Source of the DNA: Nitrosopumilales archaeon | GTDB taxonomy: Archaea; Thermoproteota; Nitrososphaeria; Nitrososphaerales; Nitrososphaeraceae | Assembly (NCBI GenBank): GCA_044507735.1 | Contig: JBIQJB010000015.1 | Coordinates: forward strand, 1-50,113 | DNA length: 50,113 bases | Reading direction: 5' to 3' | Shown: piece after piece, positions 1 to 7,094 of the stretch | Layout: each line of letters begins with the position of its first letter | Numbering within the stretch: the stretch's first letter is position 1 | The notes under the pieces: model-generated | What the model was told of the DNA's origin: nothing | The model's input: only the letters and a program-made list of their open reading frames with translations | Database searches by the model: none | Position numbers and translations under genes: made by a program

Positions 1-87
1 TTTTCCTCAAGCTCTGGTTTTGTATGGGCTGCTGGTTGCTTTTCCTCAAGCTCTGGTTTTGTATGGGCTGCTGGTTGCTTTTCCTCA
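1..87. repeat. 39-bp tandem repeat, two full copies plus a partial copy (coding, EEKQPAAHTKPEL)
   Basis: TTTTCCTCAAGCTCTGGTTTTGTATGGGCTGCTGGTTGC at 1-39 and 40-78, partial from 79. Confidence 0.95.
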
Positions 88-242
88 GGCACGCTCGGCA
101 CACTTGGCACCTTGCGCGGAGGCATGGTCCGGCGACCAGGGGTTGAAAAAGGCTCTGGAATTGATTCAGGTGTGATTGCCGGTCTGATCGGTCCGTTGTC
201 TGCCTTCAGAGTCCTGTCTACTATTCTCTTGAAGTAGCTCAT
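1..242 (-). CDS. Pro/Glu-rich low-complexity eCIS-associated protein with 13-aa tandem repeats (N-terminal part, runs off window)
   Basis: Not in ORF track. ATG at 242 overlaps the upstream TGA (ATGA). Reads MSYFKRIVDRTLKADNGPIRPAITPESIPEPFSTPGRRTMPPRKVPSVPSVP(EEKQPAAHTKPEL)x2 EE, open to position 1. Confidence 0.8.
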   Translation of the reverse strand, partial: MSYFKRIVDRTLKADNGPIRPAITPESIPEPFSTPGRRTMPPRKVPSVPSVPEEKQPAAHTKPELEEKQPAAHTKPELEE

Positions 243-1069
243 AGGCTTCCCCCCGCTAGCGTTGCGTTCACAAGCTCGACGTACCTTTTCCGCTTTGAGG
301 TCGGGAGTGAGAGAATCTCATTCTCGCTCCAGTGGTAGTGAAACGCCAACCAGTGTACTTCCCGCTCTAGCTGGTGTCCACGTACGCCAAGCTCGCGTAG
401 GACAAACTCTTCCACGGGAAGTGCGGCCTGAAACGAATGGCCGCACTCGGGGCACAAAAGTCTGAGGTTAACATCAGAAAGCGGATCTATCTCTTCAAGC
501 CTTGAACCGATCGCTTCAAGCAGTGCTTCGGGTATTCTTTCTGGAAGCGCAGGTTCAGATCGAACAACACATGCCCTTGCGAGCTCTTGAGCCAGCACAT
601 CTGACCTTGCTGCCTTTGCGACTATGGCATCCTGATCCTCTGCTGTAAGTGGTCTTATCCTAAGGCGGAACCCAGCCGCCTCAAGCCCATAGTCAACCTC
701 GGGAATTGGATGCTCCGCACTCATTATTGTGTCGGCAGAGAGGTCAAGCGACATATCGGCTCCGCAGCTTGGGCAGCTTGTGGTGCACGATATGAGATCG
801 CCAATGATCAGCTTTCTTGCGCTCAAAAGGAGACATGCTCTGTCGCCGAGACTCAGCTTTTTCAGAACGACGGATGTATGCGCGCCTTCAAAAGTGGCTA
901 TCCTTTCCAAAAGTGATACAACCTTTGAGTGCAATGGAGTACTAGCTGGATGTTCCATCAGCAGCTGCTCGTCGTGCCCTGTCATCCTCCGGATAGCGGC
1001 TTTTCTTATCCACTGGCCTTTTGCGTTTCCAGGGACTCCGCGAGGAACTGTAGCCAGGCCTTGCTCCAT
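239..1069 (-). CDS. eCIS baseplate hub assembly chaperone (T4 gp26-like) with C-terminal DUF6760-like motif
   Basis: Two CxxC motifs (CPSC, CPEC), IRRMTGHDE, LSLGDRACLL, and C-terminal EVHWLAFHYHWSENEILSLPTSKRKRY; directly follows the tube gene. Confidence 0.8.
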   Translation of the reverse strand: MEQGLATVPRGVPGNAKGQWIRKAAIRRMTGHDEQLLMEHPASTPLHSKVVSLLERIATFEGAHTSVVLKKLSLGDRACLLLSARKLIIGDLISCTTSCPSCGADMSLDLSADTIMSAEHPIPEVDYGLEAAGFRLRIRPLTAEDQDAIVAKAARSDVLAQELARACVVRSEPALPERIPEALLEAIGSRLEEIDPLSDVNLRLLCPECGHSFQAALPVEEFVLRELGVRGHQLEREVHWLAFHYHWSENEILSLPTSKRKRYVELVNATLAGGSL

Positions 1070-1087
1070 CGCTTATCCATCACTAGA

Positions 1088-1600
1088 TTAAAGGACCGGC
1101 TCTGTCGGCTCCGTCACGCTTTCGTCTCTTTCCCATCCTTCGTTCTCTAGCTTGATTGTCTGGATCGCTACGGCCTCTCCGTTTGAATCCATCTCTGGAA
1201 GAGCTTGGTATTCTGACACCCAGCAGCGGTACACCTTGTATGCGATTGCCACCTGACCGGCCTCATTGAGGACCTCAATCAGTATGTCTTTTCTAAAGTC
1301 CTTGAGCGACACTTCTGCTCCGACATTGTTGCCAAAGTGCCATATCTTATTAGCCCACTTTTCAAACTCCAAGTCATGTGTCACTCCCCTACTCAGCGTT
1401 ATTGCGTCGTATGAAGTCCTACCAGGCGACTTGCGGTTGGTGCTCGGATCTCCACCCTCTCTATGCTCTATCGGTTTTGTCGTGCGCTTGAGCGCGGTCA
1501 TCTTGCTCAGGCCGGCGACGTATCTGCCATCCCACTTGATGCGGAACTTGAAATTCTTGTATGGGTCGAAGCGGTGAGTGTTTACTTCAAATTGCGCCAT
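1088..1600 (-). CDS. Phage tail tube protein (T4 gp19 family, Afp1/5-like)
   Basis: HRFDPYKNFKFRIKW, HREGGD, RKSPGRTSYDAITLSRG, EYQALPEMD, IKLENEGWERD. Start moved to ATG 1600 (MAQF), preceded by GGAGGTG. Confidence 0.95.
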   Translation of the reverse strand: MAQFEVNTHRFDPYKNFKFRIKWDGRYVAGLSKMTALKRTTKPIEHREGGDPSTNRKSPGRTSYDAITLSRGVTHDLEFEKWANKIWHFGNNVGAEVSLKDFRKDILIEVLNEAGQVAIAYKVYRCWVSEYQALPEMDSNGEAVAIQTIKLENEGWERDESVTEPTEPVL

Positions 1601-1601
1601 T

Positions 1602-3167
1602 TTACTGCACCTCCGCCTGTCCAGCAAGCTGCTGGATCTTTATGAAGACAAACTCGGCAGGTTTGAGCGGCGCAAAGCCAACCACGATGTTGACAATGCC
1701 CCTGTCAATGTCATACTGGGTTGTAGTCTCTTTATCACATTTTACAAGGTATGCCTCCTTGGGTGTGCTTCCCTGGAAAGCCCCCTTGCGGAACAGGTCG
1801 TGCATGAATGCGCCTATGCTAAGCCTTAGCTGCGCCCACAGAGGTTCGTCGTTTGGCTCAAAGACTGCCCATTTTGTGTTACGGTAAAGCGTCTCTTCGA
1901 TATACAGCGCAGTCCTTCTTACTGGCAGATACTTCCACTGGTTTGCCAGTCTGTCTGCGCCCTTCATGGTGCGAGCCCCCCACACAATTCTTCCAGCAGG
2001 TGGCATTATGCGCAGGCAGTTGACTCCCTGAGGGTTGAGCTCTCCATTTTCCTCGTCTGTGAGCCTCACTGCCAGGTCAGGTACGCCAGTAAGGACAGCG
2101 TCTATCCCCGCAGGTGCTTTCCACACTCCGCGCTGGGCATCTGTCTTTGCCATAATTCCGGCGATAGCTCCGCTGGGTGGAAAAGTCCTCAGACGGTTTT
2201 CATCAAGTGGATCCGGGGCCCTGATGCGCGGGAAGTATATCACTGCGTTTTCGCTCCTTGAAAGCGGAAGTGCATCTATGCCTATCGCGCCATCTATTGG
2301 ATGATCCTTGGAGGTCCAGTTGCTAGGTGGGTCGACTATAAGCATGGCTCGCTTTTTCTTGCAGTAATCTACGGCCTCTGAATAGACAGTGCTGTACAAG
2401 CCGGGCGTGTCAGTGCCGTCCTTATTTGGTGATGGTATGCAAAGCAGGTTGAAAATGTCTGTATTATCAAGCGCGTAAATTCCCTTCTTGCCATCTGGGT
2501 CGCCTTTGAGATCGTCATCATCTAGGCCACTTCCATTATCTCCCTTGGTTGCAGCGATGTCAAAGTCGAGCTCTCCGGATGGCCTGTCTGTGAGTGTGTT
2601 TGTGCTGACGCGTATCAACCTTGACCCTTCTGCAAGCACCCTGTTCACGAACCTAGGGTGATCTTCTTCGTAGGAGACATTGAGGAAAGTTTCAAGCTCC
2701 ACATAGTCTTTCTTGGGGTCTCCAGTGCTTGCAACCTTCTCCTTCACTCTGACATTGAACAGCTTGTCGCTGCCTTCAGCATCCTCGTCGATCTCGTTGT
2801 CCGTGGTCACCCGCAAGTTGTTGGCCCAGTCTCCTTCATTTTCAGCCTCAAATGTTATGCCGGTTTCAGAGTTGTTTTCAAACTTGGCTTTCTTAGCGTC
2901 GGGATGAACTACGCGTACAATGACTGCATCGGCCCCCCCGTTCAAAAAGTACTGATATACTGAATAGCTCACGGTGCTCTCCTTCCAGAGCCCGCCAAAG
3001 ATTCTTTGAAACTCTCCAAAGTTGTGTATGACTACAGGATCGTTAACCGGCCCCTTGAGCGCTCGCCCTATGAATGCCGTTACAGACGTGCTAACACCAA
3101 CTATGGTCTTGACAGGGTTATCAAGCTCCTCAATGTATACGCCAGGATATGTCGGGGTAATTGGCAT
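1602..3167 (-). CDS. Contractile tail sheath protein (Afp2/3/4-like)
   Basis: N-terminal PTYPGVYIEE, TAFIGRALKGP, RGVWKAPAG, VWGART, W.VFEPN, C-terminal GFAPLKPAEFVFIKIQQ. Start moved to ATG 3167, preceded by GAGGTGA. Confidence 0.97.
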   Translation of the reverse strand: MPITPTYPGVYIEELDNPVKTIVGVSTSVTAFIGRALKGPVNDPVVIHNFGEFQRIFGGLWKESTVSYSVYQYFLNGGADAVIVRVVHPDAKKAKFENNSETGITFEAENEGDWANNLRVTTDNEIDEDAEGSDKLFNVRVKEKVASTGDPKKDYVELETFLNVSYEEDHPRFVNRVLAEGSRLIRVSTNTLTDRPSGELDFDIAATKGDNGSGLDDDDLKGDPDGKKGIYALDNTDIFNLLCIPSPNKDGTDTPGLYSTVYSEAVDYCKKKRAMLIVDPPSNWTSKDHPIDGAIGIDALPLSRSENAVIYFPRIRAPDPLDENRLRTFPPSGAIAGIMAKTDAQRGVWKAPAGIDAVLTGVPDLAVRLTDEENGELNPQGVNCLRIMPPAGRIVWGARTMKGADRLANQWKYLPVRRTALYIEETLYRNTKWAVFEPNDEPLWAQLRLSIGAFMHDLFRKGAFQGSTPKEAYLVKCDKETTTQYDIDRGIVNIVVGFAPLKPAEFVFIKIQQLAGQAEVQ

Positions 3168-3177
3168 CCATCTCACC

Positions 3178-3579
3178 TCATGCGGCCATCCTGGCCACCA
3201 GTATCTCGATGTCCGCGTTGCTGTCGGTGTTGGTGTTCTGGAATTTGATGTACTTTGGATTAACACCCAAGAGCTCCACAATCTCGCTGCTGTTTAGAAT
3301 GTGGTCGGTGTCAAGGTCCACAGAGTCGCTGTCGGTTGTCCCGTCACTCAATTTGTACGACACGCCATCATGCAGGCTTGACTTTATGTAAAGAAGCTTT
3401 ACATCAGCAATGTCACCGGGCTGCACTTCCACCGACTTGTCGGTTGTGGTGTTTTTGTCCACTGTTATGCTGAGCGAATCTACTGCGTCTACCAAAAGTT
3501 CGCCAGCAAGTGTTTTCTTTGGTCCTCCGTTGATCATTACATCAAAACTCCATTTTACATTCATGGCCAAATTGGTCAC
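3178..3579 (-). CDS. Hypothetical beta-rich protein of the eCIS locus
   Basis: 133-aa ORF ending 10 nt before the sheath start. Start uncertain (GTG 3579, TTG 3570 or ATG 3564). Confidence 0.75.
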   Translation of the reverse strand: MTNLAMNVKWSFDVMINGGPKKTLAGELLVDAVDSLSITVDKNTTTDKSVEVQPGDIADVKLLYIKSSLHDGVSYKLSDGTTDSDSVDLDTDHILNSSEIVELLGVNPKYIKFQNTNTDSNADIEILVARMAA

Positions 3580-3594
3580 CCAGTGATGCGATGG

Positions 3595-3614
3595 AATTTA
3601 TTTAAGGCTATTTG
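3595..3614 (-). promoter_or_regulatory. Putative archaeal TATA box for the hypothetical-sheath-tube sub-operon
   Basis: Minus strand CAAATAGCC-TTAAATAAA, 20-35 nt upstream of the candidate starts, within the only ~100-nt gap in the structural array. Confidence 0.45.
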
Positions 3615-3679
3615 TACCCCAGCGCACGCTGAAAATCGCGGCTAGCTAAAGCTTGTTGCGATATATTCCGCAGATCAGC

Positions 3680-6600
3680 TTAGTGGATATTTGCATGATC
3701 CTGTACGAACTTGCCCGGTTCGTACTGATAAACTGCGAACAGAGTTGTATTGGGTCCTAGTCCGGGAACTGGTTTTGGTGCGTTGCCATCCAAAATACTT
3801 CCCTCCCTTATCAGAAAGCTTGCGACGTAAATGTTGGTTTGTGCTCCGGTTTCTTTTAGCTGTATAACAACACCGCCAGCCTCCGATGCCGGGCCCGTCG
3901 GTGGCTTTGTTGTGATCAGCACTTGTACACTTCCTATAACACTATCCATCGGGAGGTTGGGGTCAGTCACCGTCACGACAACTGTATCGCCGCCTGCTTT
4001 GTAATCCGATCTGTCAAATTCGATCACAGGTTCAACCTTTTCTTTTATGGGCTCGCCTGACTGCGACGCTTGCTCCTGTGCCGGAATGGCCCACCAGCGC
4101 AGCAGAACAGTTGCCTTTTGGTCTATCGCAAATCTTGTTGTCGCTCTAGCGCTAATTTCAGCCGTTGCCATCCTTGTAATTTCTGTTGCTCTTAGTGCCA
4201 TTGAAGAGGCCTCAAGTAGTGAAGATGGGAGACTGACGGTCGGCATGTCACGGGCGGTCGCAACTGAAGTCCCGGCGGCGCCGGGTGCGGAGCTGACAGT
4301 AGAGGGGCTTGAAGGCGAGCTATCTGCGGGACTGGATGCGCTGCCTGTCGTTGTTCTACTGACCACCCAAAGGTGTACCTTGAAAGTCTCCGGGTTTATT
4401 TCAACAGGCTTGAAGTGAACGCCCGATCGAGCTGCAAAAACATAGTCCTCCGTGTACTTTACCTCGTCATCTTTGTCCGGTGTGACAAGCCCTAGCAATA
4501 CAGCCGGTGGCATCTTGAGCCCGGTCAGGTAGTGCTTAAACGGCCCATACACAAGCGGAAAGTTACCCTGGCCGGCAGGGATTACGAGCTTTAGCAGACC
4601 GGTGTTGGCAGACCTTCCATGTTCCAATATCCCTACGCTAAAGTATATTGGAGCAAGGTTTGTCGGCTTGCCATCAAATAATAGCAATTCAGCCTTGATC
4701 TGCTGCCGGGTCGGAGCTGAAGAAAGAGTGTACCTTGTTGTCGCTATTCCCTGGCTACTTATTTCCGGCATAGCCGGTGAAACTGTCCCGCCTGCAACAA
4801 CAGTAAATTTCACTTTGAATTTTTTGTTTGGGTTAGTTGGTGGCTTGCTTCCCACCGCAATGCCTACAGAGAGATCTACCGTCTCTCCCGCATGTTCCTC
4901 CGCTCCGTCGCCTGCCACATAGTAGAACCAGATAGGCAAGGTCGCGCCAAAGTATATTGGAGACACCTTTGCGCCGTCGCATTCTACAATCTCTGCCTTG
5001 ACCTGCTGTTCTACAACGTCGTCTGCAAGAGTCCAGAAGCATTCTGCAATGCCCTCACTATTGGTCTCTACTTCAAGCGACGAGCCTGTCATTCCACCAG
5101 CAGATAGTGTTCCAAGCGAAGATGGTTTGACTATTGTAAAACGCACCTTTGCGCTGCCAACCGGCGTCTTGCTTATCGGTGTCCTGCCCATTGTTACGGC
5201 CACTCTGAGAGGTTCTGCAAGTCTATTGTTTGGCAGGGCGTTCTGGCCGTCCCCACCCGCATAATGGATGAGTATAAGGTCTGCAAGAGATGTGAAAAAG
5301 CTCCTTGCGTCGGACTTTACGCTAAACCTTTCATCTTTGTATTCGACTACAGCAAGTGGCGCATAGTGGTGAGCGATGCCTGCTGGCAATAGCGCCTGCG
5401 GCGCGTCTGTCAAACTGTTTCCGATCCGAGGCCATTCAATGCTCTCCTCGCTGTTAGCCCGGGCCGGCACGAGCCAGTAGTCGCCTGTGCGGTAGTTGCC
5501 ATCGCTCAGTCTTATTTCGACTCCGTCTTCAAGCTCTATATAGTCGGTAGAGTTTGCCGGCTTTAGTACGCCGTCGGAATCCCATCTCCGGGCCTTTGGG
5601 TTCTCTGCAAAGTTGGCGCTAGTTATTGGCAACCCGATGACCTTGTCAGGATAGTACTCGATAGTATTCTCCTTGACTTCCTTTATCTTCACTAGCGTTC
5701 CCGAGAGGTGAAGCCTTTCATGCAGGTCGTCAGTAATTTCGATCCATGTGTCCTGCTTGAAATCAAGGTTATCATCTCTGCCTCTACTTTGGATCTCGAT
5801 TTTGTTTTCCAAGTCGCGGATCTTGGTTACAGGGCTGACAACGATTCCGTTGTCACGAGACCACTTGAACGTCGACTCGGCAAATGGGCCACCTTTGTGC
5901 ACCTCCACCCTGTAAAGATGGTTTTCAAGCCCCCTGTAGCCCGCCGTTTCATACAGCTTGCACATATCTGTCTGCTCTTTGGTGGGTTTTGGCCGTGCCT
6001 GCATTCTACCAGGGTTGGACACGCCAAGGTCGTCCACTGCACTCCACGCATCGCACTTGTCCACGTTGGAGGAGTCAAGCGGGAGCAGCCTAACCTGCCA
6101 TGCTGTCCTTGTGCGCGTTGCAGTATCGACGCCGCCGAGCGCTTTTTCCCTCATGTAATGGTCTTCAAGGTGGGTCACGTGCTGATCCCAAGTGTCGAGA
6201 TACGCAAGGTAGAAACCATTGGCCGAAGGAATTGATGGGTTTTCAACCTGATAGTATATGAGCGTCTTTTCATCTGACTTCTCGGCCACAAGCTCTATCA
6301 CAGAACCATTGAACTTTAGCGTGGCCTTGCCTTCACTTTCGACAAGCTCGATTTCAGCAGTGTCCGAGGTCTCGGTGTTGGTTATTGTAATTTTCTTTAC
6401 GGTCTTTTCAACAGTGACTGCCCCTGCCATTGCCGGGAACATGGCTAGGACAAAACCTGCTATGGCTTTCTTGATCGGATCTGATCCCGCCGACTCCCAC
6501 TCAAATATCTGGAACCGGATCTGCCTGGCAAGTATGTCTGGCTGCCTTGTGGATTCAATGTTGCTCTCGTTTTCGCAAAGGATTCCGTCGACATAATAGT

Positions 6601-7093
6601 CGCCCTTTCCGATCATGTATCCTCTGCTCCATACGTCATCTCCAGCATGCGCGAATTCATAGACAGGCTTGCCGTCGATAGCGAGGACTACTGGTTTTCC
6701 GGCGTCCCGTGTTATAGTCGCGCTGTGTGAGCCGTCTGCCGCTAGAATGGTAAGAGTCTTGCCGTCGCCGCTTTTGGCCACCGGAGTGTTCTCTTGAATC
6801 CACAAAAGGCCAAAGCTATCGCGCAGAAATTCCACAAGTGCTTTTACTTCTGCAGAGTCTGGGTAATCATTGTCCCATTTGAACGAGAAATTTTCCGATA
6901 TCTTGAAGCCATCGTCTTTGTCAAGCGTGCCGCTCTTGCCGAGGATGTCGCGCAGAAACGTCCGCTCATGGTGGGAATTGATGTCATTTTGCTCGTTCCA
7001 GTCTGCATCCACCTGCACCCTTCCCTGCTGCATGTTTACACTGTTGTAGTGCTTTTTCTTGTCAAAAGTTGACCTTGTAAAATCACCCTTCAT
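3680..7093 (-). CDS. DUF6519-domain eCIS tail-fibre-like protein with Ig-like C-terminal domains
   Basis: MKGDFTRSTFD..HY...MQQGRVQVDADWNEQ, YYVDGILCEN, REKALGGVDTATR, GYRGLENHLYRVEVH, FKWSRDNG, YRTGDYWLVPAR, HHYAPLA. Two GGDGQ/AGDGA-initiated Ig-like repeats follow. Confidence 0.92.
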   Translation of the reverse strand: MKGDFTRSTFDKKKHYNSVNMQQGRVQVDADWNEQNDINSHHERTFLRDILGKSGTLDKDDGFKISENFSFKWDNDYPDSAEVKALVEFLRDSFGLLWIQENTPVAKSGDGKTLTILAADGSHSATITRDAGKPVVLAIDGKPVYEFAHAGDDVWSRGYMIGKGDYYVDGILCENESNIESTRQPDILARQIRFQIFEWESAGSDPIKKAIAGFVLAMFPAMAGAVTVEKTVKKITITNTETSDTAEIELVESEGKATLKFNGSVIELVAEKSDEKTLIYYQVENPSIPSANGFYLAYLDTWDQHVTHLEDHYMREKALGGVDTATRTRTAWQVRLLPLDSSNVDKCDAWSAVDDLGVSNPGRMQARPKPTKEQTDMCKLYETAGYRGLENHLYRVEVHKGGPFAESTFKWSRDNGIVVSPVTKIRDLENKIEIQSRGRDDNLDFKQDTWIEITDDLHERLHLSGTLVKIKEVKENTIEYYPDKVIGLPITSANFAENPKARRWDSDGVLKPANSTDYIELEDGVEIRLSDGNYRTGDYWLVPARANSEESIEWPRIGNSLTDAPQALLPAGIAHHYAPLAVVEYKDERFSVKSDARSFFTSLADLILIHYAGGDGQNALPNNRLAEPLRVAVTMGRTPISKTPVGSAKVRFTIVKPSSLGTLSAGGMTGSSLEVETNSEGIAECFWTLADDVVEQQVKAEIVECDGAKVSPIYFGATLPIWFYYVAGDGAEEHAGETVDLSVGIAVGSKPPTNPNKKFKVKFTVVAGGTVSPAMPEISSQGIATTRYTLSSAPTRQQIKAELLLFDGKPTNLAPIYFSVGILEHGRSANTGLLKLVIPAGQGNFPLVYGPFKHYLTGLKMPPAVLLGLVTPDKDDEVKYTEDYVFAARSGVHFKPVEINPETFKVHLWVVSRTTTGSASSPADSSPSSPSTVSSAPGAAGTSVATARDMPTVSLPSSLLEASSMALRATEITRMATAEISARATTRFAIDQKATVLLRWWAIPAQEQASQSGEPIKEKVEPVIEFDRSDYKAGGDTVVVTVTDPNLPMDSVIGSVQVLITTKPPTGPASEAGGVVIQLKETGAQTNIYVASFLIREGSILDGNAPKPVPGLGPNTTLFAVYQYEPGKFVQDHANIH

Positions 7094-7094
7094 A

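Noticed and set aside
1-87. 39-bp repeats as a CRISPR array
   Set aside because: Head-to-tail with no spacers, length a multiple of three, and inside a reading frame.
3168-3281. 38-aa N-terminal extension of the sheath ORF
   Set aside because: Overlaps the upstream gene; the family N-terminus and an SD motif mark 3167 as the start.
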